Source of the DNA: the human T2T-CHM13v2.0 reference genome, Homo sapiens
Length of the DNA stretch: 64,000 nucleotides
Strand: one strand, 5' to 3'
Assembly: GCF_009914755.1 (NCBI RefSeq)
Contig: NC_060934.1
Within the stretch, counting starts at the first letter, position 1. Each line of letters opens with the position of its first letter. Below are positions 33,165-48,387 of the stretch, one piece after another. The translations under genes were made by a program, and so were the position numbers. Below the pieces are notes generated by a model. It was not told where the DNA came from and ran no database searches. It worked only from the letters and a program-made list of their open reading frames with translations.

Positions 33165-35010
33165 CAACAAACTCCTTAAACTGATAAGCAACTTCAGCAA
33201 AGTCTCAGGATACAAAATCAGTGTGCAAAAATCACAAGCATTTCTTTACACCAACAGTAGACAAGCAGAGAGTCAAATCATGAATGAACTCCCATTCACA
33301 ATTGCTACAAAGAGAATAAAATACCTAGGAATATAGCTAATGTGAAAGACCTCTTCAAGGAGAACTACAAACCACTGCTCAGGAAAATAAGAGAGGACCC
33401 AAACAAATGGAAAAACATTCCATCCTCATGGATAGGAAGAATCAATATTGTGAAAATGGCCATACTGCCCAAAGTAATTTATAGATTCAATGCTATTCCC
33501 ATCAAACTACCATTGACATTCTTCACAGAATTAGGTAAAACTATTTTGAATTTCATATGGAATCAAAGAAAACCTCACATAGCCAAGACAATCATAAGCA
33601 AAAAGAGCAAAGTCATACTACCTGACTTCAAACTATACTACAAGGCTACAGTAACCAAAACAGCATGGTACTGGTACCAAAACAGACATATAGACCAATG
33701 GAGCAGAACAGAGACCTCAGAAATAACACCACACATCTACAACAAACTGGACAAAAAGAAGCAATGGGGAAACAATCTCCTATTCAGTAGTAAATGGTGC
33801 TGGGAAAACTGGCTAGCCATACGCAGAAAACTGAAGCTGGACCCGTTCCTTACATCTTATACAAAAATTAACTCAAGATGGATTAAAGACTTAACTGTAA
33901 AACCCAAAACCATAAAAACCCTAGAAGAAAACCTAGGCAGTACCATTCAGGACACAGGCATGGGCAAAGACTTCATGACAAAAATGCCAAAAGCAATAGT
34001 AACAAAAGCCAAAATAGACAAATGGGATCTAATTAAACTAAAGAGCTTCTGCACAGCAAAAGAAATATCATCAGAGGGAACAGGCAACCTACAGAATGGG
34101 AGAAAATTTTTGCAATCTACCCATCTGACAAAGGCCTAATATCCAGCATCTACAAGGAAATTAAGTTTACAAGAAAAAAAACAACACCATCAAAAAGTGA
34201 GCAAAGGATATGGACAGACAATTCTCAAAAGAAGACATTTATGTGGCCAATAAACATATGAAAAAAGCTCAACATCACTGATCATCAGAGAAATGCAAAT
34301 CAAAACCACAATGAGATACCATTTCATGCCAGTCAGAATGGCGATTATTAAAAAGTCAGGAAACAATAGATGCTGGCGAGGCTGTGGAGAAATAGGAACA
34401 CTTTTACACTGTTGGTGGGAATGTAAATTAGTTCAACCACTGTGGAAGATAGTATCGCGATTCCTCAAGGATCTAGAACCAGAAATATCATTTGACCCAG
34501 CAATCCCATTACTGGGTATATACCCAAAGGAATATTAATCATTATACTATAAAGACACATGCACACATATGTTTATTGCAGCACTATTTACAATAGCAAA
34601 GACATGAAATCAACCCAAATGCCCATCAAGATAGACTGGATAAAGAAAATGTGGTACATATACACCATGGAATACTATGCAGCCATAAAAAGGAATGAGA
34701 TAATGTTTTTTGCAGGGACATGGATAAAGCTGGAAACCATCATCCCCAACAAACTAACACAAGAACAGCAAACCAAACACCGCATATTCTCCCTCATAAG
34801 TGGAAGTTGAACAGTGAGAACACATGGACACAGGGAGGGGAACAACACACACCAGAGCCTGTTGGGGGGTTGGGAGGTGAAGGGAGGGAACTTAGAGGAC
34901 TGGTCAATAGGTGCAGCAAACCACCATGGCACACATGTATCTATGTAACAAACCTGTACGTTCTGCACATGTATCCCCATTTTTTTTAGAAGAATGAATT
35001 TAAAAAAATT
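33165..35010 (+). mobile_element. 5'-truncated L1PA (L1PA8-like): decayed ORF2 C-terminal part plus 3' UTR
   Basis: ORFs 33342-34139 and 34293-34538 translate to L1 ORF2p ([34 protein letters not shown]; [25 protein letters not shown]) broken by frameshifts and stops; possible TSD AAATTCA. Confidence 0.95.
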
Positions 35011-35546
35011 CATGCTGCCTACAGACCTTGAATATGCCTTATAAGAGTATAAGGGAAAAAAGTTTTTGCAAACACATTATCAGAAGTCTTTTGTATAGTT
35101 TTTATCATACTATTACAATCTTTTCAATTACTTGAGGAAAAAAACATTTTATTAGCAATATATTAGAAAAGAAATTATTTGTGTTTAATGAGCCAATTTA
35201 ATGAATGACTAAATTGCAAACTGAACTACAGTGCATGGCTCTCTATCATCTCTATACTAGCTAAATCCAGTACAAATAAATCAACCAGAATTCCTGAGTA
35301 TCTAGTCTGTATAGGCCCTGTGCATAGTACATTGGTGTTTTAAGACATGGTTCCTGCCTTCACAGAATTTACAATCTAGTTGGAACTATAAGTAGCCATG
35401 CAAATGACAAATATTTCAAAAACACCTTTACTACAACCTTATAATAAGAAAAGGTATGTGATCATTTTGTTTCAAAAGAAAAGGGTACATGATTATTTTG
35501 ATAAAGGAAGTCAACACTTGCTAGAAGAATTCAGAGAAGAGGTGGA

Positions 35547-35818
35547 GGCCAGGCACAGTGGCTCATGCCTGTAATCCCAGCACTTTGGGAGGCTGAGGTG
35601 GGCAGATCACCTGAGGTCAGAAGTTCAAGACCAGCCTGGCAAAACCCCATCTCTACAAAAAATACAAAAATTAGCCAGGCATGGTGGCATGTGCCTGTAA
35701 TCCCAGGTGCTCAGGAGGCTGAGGCAGGAGAATCACTTTAACCCAGGAGGCAGAGGTTGCAGTGAGCCTAGATCAAGCCACTGCACTCCAGCCTGGGCAA
35801 AAAAAAAAAAAAAAAAAA
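35547..35818 (+). mobile_element. AluS with internal deletions
   Basis: Alu consensus. Confidence 0.9.
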
Positions 35819-36365
35819 GTGGACTGCTTGAGAGAGAAGCTGGCAAGGTGGAGCCTGACATTATAGGTAGGGCTGGAACACCTTCTTGGAGAATTTCAAA
35901 AAGCAGGAAGGAAGGCAGTCTTGTTAAATCAAACTGCAGGTACTAATGCAGGTACTAATACTTGCAGTGGAAAAGTGCAAGGTGTATTTGTCAGTGTATT
36001 CTCCATTGATGAGAATGGAGAAAATCAATAGGACAAAGTGACTGATTAGATATGAAGTGAAAGAGACATGAGAAGTCTGTGTGTCTCCAGCCAGGAGGAT
36101 GGTGATCATTAACAGAGAAAGAAAAGGTAGCAGCATGTGAACTGTTCAATATTGAACACATGGATCTTGAGCTGGAAGTGAAGTACCCAGCAAACTGTTG
36201 AAAATTCAGGTCAGGAGCCAAGGGGAAGAGTCAAGGTTAGAGGTATGCTTTGAAAATGTTCTGTGCAAAAGAGGTTGGTTGAAGCCAGAGCAGCAGGCCG
36301 AGGACCAGACCTTGGGGAATGCCTGCAATGTCTAGTAGGAGAAATAAAAAAAAAACGCAGTCGCG

Positions 36366-36659
<294 letters not shown>

Positions 36660-38074
36660 CTAACTGATTGCTAAGCAGGATGTAGCAAGTGCCACAGGAA
36701 TTGCACAAGTGTGATATGCAATTTAGAGAGTGGAGAGGGATGTACACCAGCAGAGGGGAAATGCTGTCTTTCAAGAGAGGAATGAGTGATAATGAGCAGG
36801 ACCTGCTCGCAGCAGGATCAGGCAGCTTTTGCAAATCATTGAATGAGATGGATGGTTCTGCTGGACTGTCACCTGCTAACAACAGAAACACCAGAGAAGA
36901 CTGATTAAACTTATTTGAAAAACAGGCATAGCCAGCTTTGTTTGGGGCTGATTTACCCTTTCTGACTCTCTGTGTTGATCTTCTTTATGAATTAATTAGC
37001 AAGTTTCTGCTTCACCTTTATTCATTTTGATAAATTCAGAAAGTGCAAATTGAAGGAATATTTGATCAGGATAAAACCAATACACATAAGGCATCCAGAT
37101 AAAGGAACAATGGCTAAATCCAGTTTCAGTTTCTTTGCAGTAAGTGTACACCTCAAGTGCTATACCAATTATATATACAGTGCACTATTGTGCTGCTTCC
37201 TTCAGCAGAGACACATTTACACATTCATATTAATTAGCTTTTGTGGTTATAGATGATGCTGTAGTAAGATTATTAAGAAATTACAATTCATCCTAACAAC
37301 AGGGAGAACTACTTAGAGTTTCTAGCAATATAAATAATAGGCATCAGTTTTTGTTTTTGTTTTTTTCAGTAGTGTGTGAAGAATGGAGAAGCATAAAGTG
37401 AAAAGAAAAAGTCACCTTAGTGTTTTGGGTTTTTTTTTAAGTTTATAAAAAGAAGCCATACTCTGTCAGCTAACTGCTTGCCAATTGCTTTAGGGCGTTT
37501 CCACCTAATTCTAAGGTTAGCTGAAAGCAGTGTGTCTATAATTCTTTAGTCACCAGACACACCTTTATTAGCCATTCTGGTCTACATCTGCCCCACATGC
37601 TCTGCTCCAGGAACATTATATTCAGCAGCCAGCATTGTAACAAGCTTTGCAAGTGGCTCAGCATCCTAAAATTTGAGAGCCATGACCTAAGAAGTCTAGG
37701 AAGACCCAGGGTAGCTGGAAGGGAGTAAAGTGCCTCAGACCCAGCCTTCCCTCTTTCCTTTCTCCCTCTTTAAGCAGAGAACTCTACTTTATGGTTTTAT
37801 TATATTGGACTTTCATTCATTCCATTCGTCAAGCCAAAAATCTAGGAGTCATCACTTACCTCCCATATCAATCCATCAACAAGTCCTGTCAATTGTCTCA
37901 TCAATATCCACCCCTTTTTTTCCATCTGCACTGTGACAACATCCTGATCCATCTTGCCATCTCCTCTCTCCCACTAGTGCAAGTCTCCTAACTGATCTCC
38001 TTCCCTCTGCTCTTAGCCTCTTCCCATCTATTCTCCATAAAACATCAAGAATGTTTTTCTTAAAACTTAAATTA

Positions 38075-38372
<298 letters not shown>

Positions 38373-38989
38373 CATCAAAATTAGACCATATTGCTTTGCA
38401 GCTTAAAACTTTTCAGTAGTTCCCAAAGCACTAAAACAAAATCTAAACTCCTCTGACCATGGCCCATAATGTGTCATGGCCCCACCCCCGCCTTTCTCTA
38501 CATCATCTCGTGCCACACTCCCATATCTCGCTATACTTAGCTATGTTGGCTTTTCTCTGGGCACCAAGCCAGGGATGCAGAAGGCTTTGTGCTTGCCTTT
38601 CCTCCTGCCTAGAAAGCTCTTCACTATTTTCGCAAAGTTCTCAGCTTAAATGTCACCTCCCCCAGGGGTCTAATGTTAATTGCATTTTGTTGTTGTTGTT
38701 GCTGTTTGCATTGATTTTGTGTGTCACTAAACTAAAAGCTTAGTGAAACCAAGAAGATGTCCATCATGTTTACCATTGTATCTCCAGCACCTTGTAAGTT
38801 ACCTGGCATATATTAGGAATTCAATTATTGGAGGAATGAATAAAAGGATCCAAAGTTTTCAAGGTGTGGAAGTCCATGATGTAATCAAGTTAGAAAGGTC
38901 CATTTTGGATGGAGTGAGGGTGTGTATTCTGGAATTAAACTCTGTTCCAGAGTTATACTGGTGACCGGTGATCAAAAATCCCCAAGTTC

Positions 38990-39294
38990 AGCCTGGCGTG
39001 GTGGCTCACGCTTGTAATCCTAACAATTTGGGAGGCCAAGGAAGGCAGATCACTTGAGGTCAGGAGTTCGAGACCAGCCTGGCCAACATGGTGAAACCCT
39101 ATCTTTACTAAAAATACTAAAAATTAGCTAGGTAGGGTGGTGCGTGTTTGTAGTCCCAGCTACTTGGGAGGCTGAGGCATGAGAATTGCTTGAACTTGGG
39201 AGGGGGAGGTTGCAGTGAGCTGAGATCACACTACTGCACTACAGCCTGGGCAATAGAGTGAGACCCTGTCTCTAAATAAATAAATAAATAAAAA
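38990..39294 (+). mobile_element. AluS
   Basis: TSD CCCAAGTTCA. Confidence 0.9.
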
Positions 39295-39364
39295 GTCCCA
39301 AGTTCATTGTTCTTCCAACCCAGTGCTGATGGAGCACATTGTTGTTGGGAAACTTCCATAAAGC

Positions 39365-40064
<700 letters not shown>

Positions 40065-40829
40065 AAAGAGAGATGTATTAATGTTGATTTGTAAGTACAA
40101 AGATATCACAAGAAACAGAAAACAGATTATAAAGCATGTGTTATTAATACTTATTATAGTTATATTAAAGCTTAAATAAATCCCATGTAATCTCATTTAA
40201 AAATTATAGGCTTCTGGCCAAGAACATTATGACAATCTATTTTGGAGTTAGGCATCATCTGGAGAGAATCTAGGGTGGTAGCACTGAATTAGATTTGGCT
40301 GCTTGCTGACTATGGCACAACAGCACATTGCATTTCTCCATGAATTGAGGTGGACGTGTGAGAGGGGGAAACGTATGGTACTAGGAGGGGTGTGAGTGAT
40401 TGTGGATGACGAGAATTAGCTCTAAGGTCCCTTCCAATTGCTTCTGGCTCTTCAATTCCAGCTAAGCCAATTCAACTCAACTAAACAGTTATTGAGAGCC
40501 TTCTGAGTGCCAGGAAGTAAGTTGGGAGTATGATAATGAACAAAATGGATAATCGGCCCTGCCCTAACAGAATCTGGAGAGAGTAAGTGAGATGCGAACT
40601 AAGACTTAGCAAAACCAGATGGTGACATCCGCACTTGGCTTTCCTCTCGGAGTGTCAGTTTTACACCGGAATTAGCCACGTGTAATGAACAATCAAAGAA
40701 ATGGTACTTTCTTAAATGCTACCAAAATGTTTTCATTCCCAAGTTCCAAAAAATGACCATTGAAATGCATTGGACTCAGAATTTGAAGCCCCAGCTGAAT
40801 TCTCTTGAATGTACCTCCGTCCCTCTGTC

Positions 40830-40913
40830 CACTTTGGGAGGCTGAGGTGGGTGGATCACAAGGTCAGGAGTTTGAGACCAGCCTGGCCAATAGGGTGAAA
40901 CCCCGTCTCTACT
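40830..40913 (+). mobile_element. Internal Alu left-arm fragment
   Basis: 84-nt Alu segment lacking both head and tail. Confidence 0.9.
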
Positions 40914-41556
40914 CCTTCACCACACCCGCATGCCTATTATGTTTTCTGTGATATTGAATCATTTTTTCTTAATTTAATAGTAAAATCCGTATGCATATCT
41001 TTTATTAGATTTGGGAAATAACAGAATGTCTGACTTGCTCAGAATTTCTTGTGGTGTTACCCTGCAGCTGTTTTCCAGTAGACTGTTGTGTTTATAGTTA
41101 CTTATTCACCTTTGATAGCACCATCTTGTAATCCATTACAGTCAGAGTGGTACATTTTTTGTCTTCTCATTAGCCCCTCTCTGACAATCAACATTTTGCA
41201 CATTAGGTACTACACTCTTTGTTCATATAAATCACAGGCTATTAAATCATCTCAGCACAAATATTGCCAACTAGCATGACTCATTTCAATACTAAATTGT
41301 TTAAAGTTGACAGTAGTTGTCTTAATAGTTCGCAGGCATTTTCTCCACATTTTGTAGCTACTTGATGACTCAATGAAAAGAATGCAGACTTTGTGACAAT
41401 ATTGGACAAGTTGTTAGCTGCTCTGAGTCATTACCTTATCTGTAAAATTAGGCGATTGCATTAGGTTAGGGAGTGAACTGCTCAACAATGGGACAAATTT
41501 AATTCTCAGATCAGCTTAGATTGGCCCTCACAGCACTTTGAAAATTATCACAAATT

Positions 41557-41830
41557 GGCCAGGTGCGGTGGCTCACGCCTGTAATCTCAGCACTTTGGGT
41601 GGACCAGGAGGTCAGGAGTTCAAGACCAGCCTGGCCAACACAGTGAAACCCTGTCTCTACTAAAAATACAAAACAATTAGCCAGGCGTGGTGGCAGGTGC
41701 CTGTAATCGCAGCTACTTGGGAGGCTGAGGCAGAGAATAGCTTGAACCCGGGAGGCAGAAGTTGCAGTGAGTCAAGATCATGCCACTGCACTCCAGCCTG
41801 GGCAACAGAGCGAGACTCCATCTCAAAAAG
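41557..41830 (+). mobile_element. AluS
   Basis: Alu consensus. Confidence 0.9.
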
Positions 41831-41861
41831 AAAGAAAGAAAGAGAGAAAGAAAGAGAGAAA

Positions 41862-41919
<58 letters not shown>

Positions 41920-42033
41920 AGGAAGGAAGGAAGGAAGGAAGGAAGGAAGAAAGGAAGGAAGGAAGGAAGGAAGGAAGGAAGGAAGGAAGGAAGGAAGGAA
42001 GGAAGGAAGGAAGGAAGGAAAGAAAGAAAGAAA
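41826..42033. repeat. (GAAA)n(GGAA)n polypurine microsatellite
   Basis: About 205 nt of purines only. Confidence 0.97.
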
Positions 42034-43049
42034 ATGGGAAAGTTCTCAAAAAACTCCAGATTTCTGGCTTCTCTTGAAAAATCAACACCTGACTTCCCTA
42101 GAAAAATCTGGCCTCAGAGAGTGCCTGCCTCAGTTGCACATTCTTCTCACATTCACAAATGAGAAGCCAGGAAGGCATAACTAACCCACCTCAATTCCCT
42201 TCTGATAGCACCTGAAGACCCTGCTTCTGGTGAAATCTACCAGGAGATTTAAAGGAACCAGATCTAGAGAGGGAAGCTCTTTTAATGGCCGAGAAAACCT
42301 TTTGAGGAAACAGGACAGGAGACCTCATCTACATCATCACTTTAGTTGTTGATCATGTTATTATCTTGTGTTGTTTAATATTTATCACAATTTGGGTTGA
42401 ACAGGTTTGTTTTTTAAAATATTTGAGGTTGTGGGGAGATGGAGGACAAAGTGTTTGCTTTGCCACCTCTGAATCCACCTTTCCCAGAGCTGCTCTTTCT
42501 GTTTGTTGACTTTTAGATGACATATGTATGTGTGTGTTGTGGGGAAACGGTCTTACTTTTGGTTGTTAGAGAGAGAGAAAGAAGAAAACTGTAGCCTGAG
42601 CTGATGAGATGGGAGCAACCTTTACATTGGATACCTGCTCTTTGCTCAACAGCAGGCCCCAGCTGGCCTACTTTACTTATTTATGTTAGCTATCTGGCCC
42701 CTCTAGCCCTCTAGCCATCTGAATTTCCACTAGATAATGTCTAAGTCCCCTTTCATCTTCATAAAGCTAAACATTTCTAAGATAATATTCCAAGGGTGTT
42801 GAGGCTCCGCAAGCAGGTATTTTCCTACCCCTGTCCTGGCAGAATATCCCCCAGTAGAAACACTGGTTGTCCATACCTAACCCTTGTCTGTCTTCCTCAC
42901 TTAAATTTCTAGCACCCAGATAAACCCCTAGCACCTAGAAAGCATCCAGTAAATATTTGTAGAATGAAGTCTTCAGGATTAGCAATTACCTTTGGAAAGG
43001 GCCCATCGTGATTAACAAAGCAAATTAGTATTTAAGAGGACACAATATC

Positions 43050-43170
43050 TTCTTTTTTTTTTCAAGATAGTGGATCTTGCTATATTGCTGAGGCTGAACT
43101 CAAATTCTTGGGCTCAAGCAATCCTCCTGCTACTCAACCTGTTGAGTAGCAGGCACTACAGGCACGCAGG
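43050..43170 (-). mobile_element. FLAM-like Alu monomer
   Basis: T tail plus diverged single arm. Confidence 0.7.
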
Positions 43171-43337
43171 CACAGTTACCTACAATATAATTTTGTCTTA
43201 TGTTACCCAATAGACAGGGATAATGAGCTTAAATTGCATTGGTTTAAATGTTTTGTTGTTTAAACTTTCTATTAACACGTGCTGGGTACAAACACAGTTA
43301 GGCTTTTGGGTTTCATGTTTATTTCTACAGAAAGGAT

Positions 43338-43614
43338 AATATATATATGTGTATATATACGTATATATATGTGTATATATACGTATATATACGTATATAT
43401 GTATATATATGTATATATGTGTATATATACGTATGTATGTATATACGTATATATACATATACGTATATGTATATGTATATATGTATATATACACATATAT
43501 ACATATATATACAGATATGTATATATACACATATATACATATATATACAGATATGTATATATACACATATATACGTATATACACACATATATACATATAT
43601 ATATATATATATAT
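43338..43614. repeat. Complex (TA)/(TG)/(CA) microsatellite
   Basis: About 275 nt of near-continuous purine-pyrimidine alternation. Confidence 0.97.
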
Positions 43615-44229
43615 TCCATGCAGTAGGGAAGAAGAAAGAGTAAGACTGAGCCTGCTTTCCTAAGACTACATTTAAATAATGCATTTCCAGAAAAATCAAG
43701 TTTCTGAATTGAACCAGTGTGAGGACAGGTGGGAGAACACTACTCCCTTGTGTTTACTATTGGAACTTACATTACCTCTGCATGCTGATGATCTGTGATG
43801 CGGTCATGGCTTACAGCGCACCCTGCACTCTGGTATGGGCTAGTGAGGCAACAACGAGCAAAACAGGCAGGGCTCCTGCAATCTCAGGAGATAAAACAGC
43901 CATCAGTTAAATTATCAAACACAGAATTTCAAGCTGCAGTAACTTGGAGGAAAAAATTTAGTGCTTTGAAAATTATTCAGCTTTATCTCTGGCCTCCCAA
44001 GATGGTCAGCATCACATAGATCAATGTATTGACAGCTTTCTACCCAGGCACTGTGCTAAGCACTTTTTATGCTTCCTCGCTTTCAATTCATGCTCTCAAA
44101 AGCTATGGGTGGGTACTCCATTGATAAATAATTTGCAGAAGATCACACAGCTAGTAGGTGAGGGAACTGTGTGACTCAACCACTCCTGACCACTTTACTA
44201 ACTGAAACAAAAAGGGGGGAAGAAAACGA

Positions 44230-45240
44230 CTGCAATATTATTATACATATCTCTATCTCTATCTATCAATCTATCTCTCTATCTCTCTGTCTGTTTGTCT
44301 ATCTAGGTTATCCACGGTTCCTAGCTCATGACTCCCATAGCCCTTGTTACAATGTTAGGGTGCTTTAGGCTTCAGAAGCAGGCCTCAGAAAACAGAATTT
44401 CTTTTTTTCTCTCTTACCTTTTCTGCCCTCCTTTCACCTATTTCTTTCTCTCCCCAAGGCAGGAACTTTTTCCTGGTTTCTGGAGCTGGTTTCTGACCTA
44501 CCTTGTCTGATCATAGGTCAGAACACCTCCATTTCAGAAGGGTTCCTGCCCCATACCATGGAGGAAGGCATGGTGCACAGAGAGACCAAGAAGAATCTGA
44601 ACAGACAGTTCCTGCTGGGTTACCCCACTCAGTCTGTTAGTATTAGATCATACCCTTTGTCCAATCGCATTTTAACAGGTTGTCCATTTTCAGTCATGCC
44701 TATCCAATGAGGTCTCCATAAAGACCCAAGAGGACAGGGTTTGGAGAGCTTCCAGGGAGCTGAACAAATAGAAGTTCCTGACTGGTGGTTTATCAAGGCT
44801 GCCTCTCTTCTCCCATACCTTGCCTTATGCATCTCTTCATCTGAATCCTTCATATCCTTTATACTAAACCTGCAAATGTAAGTAAGTCTTTTCCTGCATT
44901 TTGTGAGCCACTCTAGCAAATTAACTTAACTCAACGAGAGGTTTCATAGAAACCCCAACTTGAAGCTGATTGGTCAGAAGTTCTGGAGGCTGGAACTTTC
45001 AACTGGTGGGAGGAGGGGATGGTCTTGGGGATTGAGCCCTCAATCTGTGGGATCTGATGTTATCTCCAGGTGGATACTGTCAGAACTGAATTGGAAGATA
45101 CCCAGCTGATGTCCACTGCAGAAATGATTGCTTCTTGGTGTGTGGGAAGAAACTCACACATATTTGGTCACAGACGTCTTCTGTGATGATGTTGTGAGTG
45201 AGAGAATAGAAAAAAAGGCTGAGGTGGGTTTTCCCAAAAA
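44230..45240 (+). mobile_element. MER21A-like solo LTR
   Basis: CCACGGTTCCTAGCTCATGACTCCCATAGCCCTTGTTAC...GCAGGCCTCAGAAAACAGAAT; shares blocks with the LTR at 93-918. Confidence 0.75.
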
Positions 45241-45662
45241 TAACAACCTACAATACTATAGCAGTGTTTCTTAAATATGAGGAATGTGTGAATAAAAAAT
45301 AAAGAATTTATTTTAGATTTCGCTATCATCACCTCCTACGGTCAACTTAAATTATTTTGATCATAATGCTTGCTGCTTAAGCATGTATAAGAAGGTTAGG
45401 TATGAACTCTGAATGTTTTTAGCTCTTACAACAGCAACAAAAAGATAGAAGTTAAATATGAATAGAACTATCATTCAACAAAATGTTTCATAATAAATTC
45501 AAATTAACAGCAATGACGTGATATACTCATTTAAAAATAAGTCTATATGAGTTGCCCACTGTATGTTAGGCCCTGTTCCCATCAAGAGTATGCAATGGCA
45601 GAGACAGACAACAAGTAAATAAGGAGTGAAATACACTATGTGTCAGTTGGAGATAAGTGCTA

Positions 45663-46332
<670 letters not shown>

Positions 46333-46600
46333 TAGTGTGTGGTCCGGGTCGTGGCATTCACGCAGCAACCTGAAGGAGGCAGGGGAGTGTGGCTGTGGTC
46401 ATCTGGAGGGAAAGCACGGAAAAGGAGAAAGGGGCAAAATGAAGGCACCCTGAGTTTGGAGTGTGCTTGGTATACTTGAGGAAACACAAGGAGGCTGATG
46501 CGACTGGAACAGATGAACTAGGGCAGAAGTTCAAATTCTACTCAAAAAAAGAAGTGGAATTAGAGCAAGGGCAACAGCTAACCCAGATAATGATGTCTGC

Positions 46601-47223
46601 TGAAACTATCTCTTGGGGTCGTCTCCTACAGCTGCCCAAGGCAATGTTACTCCCTATTACACCGCTCAGTTGCGGTGTCCTTTATCTCGTGTGGTGAAAA
46701 TTAGCGACGTGGACACACGTGGAGTGGATTAAGGGGTAGAAAGTTTAATAGGCAAGAAAGAAGAGAATAGCTCCCCGTACAGAGGGAGGAGGGCTCTGAA
46801 CCGAAAACCCGCGTGCAGAGGAAAGCAGTGGTTTATATTGGGAGGCTGGAGGAGGTGGTGTCTAATTAGCATAGGGCACAGGGGATTGGTTTAACCACGT
46901 GTGTCATTCAGGTAGCCCCCCCAAAAAAACTGGCCCTCCCACCCTAGCCTTTTATTATGCAAATGCGGCTACCTGGCTGGTCGCCATGACACCTGTACAC
47001 GTGGCAACAAAGAAAAAGTAGCAGGAACCGCCATATTGGCTGGACCTGACTCTTAACCATCTGCATTTGCATATCAATACTTGCAGGTCTGGTTTTTCAG
47101 GCTGCTTTCTGTTAGATAATAAATATTTGGGGGACCGCTTTTTTATTAAACGAAAAAGACTTACTGAGGACTCTTTTACCCTCTCTAGCTGCCTAAAATA
47201 ATTTCTTAATAACTCCTGTAATA
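46601..47223 (-). mobile_element. LTR9-like ERV1 solo LTR
   Basis: Minus strand begins TATTACAGGAGTTATTAAGAAATTATTTTAGGCAGCTAGAGAGGGTAAAAGAGTCCTCAGTAAG, resembling LTR9 5' ends; retains CpGs. Confidence 0.7.
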
Positions 47224-48387
47224 CCTACATATAGAACCTTTTACAGTTCTCCAAATAGATTGTGTTCTTCACCCTTCCACGCCATCTCTGTCTACCTAAG
47301 CGGACTCCTTTTATACTTCAAGTCAAGCTTAATTATGGCCTTCTCTGGAAAACTGCCCCCCATCCTGATTAGACAAGCATGCCCTCGTAGCACCTTGTCA
47401 CCCTATGCACAACCCTATCCTAGTGTCTATTGCATTGCATTGTAGCTGGTGCTTTACTTCTCTACCTTGCCCACCAGACAGCAAGCCTCTTGAGGACAAG
47501 AAAGCTTTTTCTTTCTGTCTCGGTATCCATAGTACTTAAATACTTATATAGACACAACAGATAATTAGGAAATGTTTACTGAATGAATAAATAGCATTGG
47601 CAATCACTCATAAAAACGCCAAGTCAGATTTTAGTACCCCCTTAGCATACTTGCACATGATACCTACTAGCAATCCTGAAGGGTCACTAGATGCCAGGCA
47701 ATGCACTGAATTAGGCGGTTGTTGGTTACTATTCATTATCTTCCAACAACCCTACAAATTAGATGTTATTATTCCCATCTTTAAATGTAAGAAAAATAAA
47801 ATTGGGCAGGTTAAATAGCATATGTCACCACCTAGACCCAGGATTTTAATTTAGTCTCTCTAAATCCCAAACTACACCAAGCTGTAAGTCAGAAAAATGT
47901 AAATGAGGAACAGCTTATGGTACACTTAAAAAAATTATTTGATAAAAATCTGTTAGAGATTTACAGAAAACTTTTCACACTGTATTTACATTGCTTGACT
48001 TCATTATGGATTTTCAAGGAAGAATGATTGAAGGCCAACTCAATCATTCAGCCACAGTGAAGAGTTTGGCATAATTTGAAACAAAGGAATACATATGGGA
48101 AGCATCTAGAACTGAGTGAAATGGTGGCAAAGAAGACATGGACCTATACAAATATTACTAATTGGGAAAACACTTATAAACCACTGTAGGGTTTCTACAT
48201 TGTTGAATGCTATCCCAATTTTTTAATACATGACATAGAACAATATTTACATACATGTACACTGAAAATAGATCCAAAGGGTATAAAACAAAATGTTTTG
48301 GTTATTTCTGAGTTATATAATTTTTTTTTCTGTGCTTGTCCACATTTACTAAAATCTCCACAATTAAAAAAAAAAAAAAATCCATGA

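Noticed and set aside
33342-34810. 265-aa and neighbouring ORFs resembling a real protein
   Set aside because: They are L1 ORF2p remnants in a 5'-truncated, frameshifted element and cannot be an active gene.
35935-35958. 12-bp tandem repeat TGCAGGTACTAA x2 and similar micro-duplications
   Set aside because: Ordinary slippage products.
41660-43699. Lys/Glu/Arg-rich and Tyr/Ile-rich ORFs (similar ones at 27620-27950)
   Set aside because: Translations of microsatellites.
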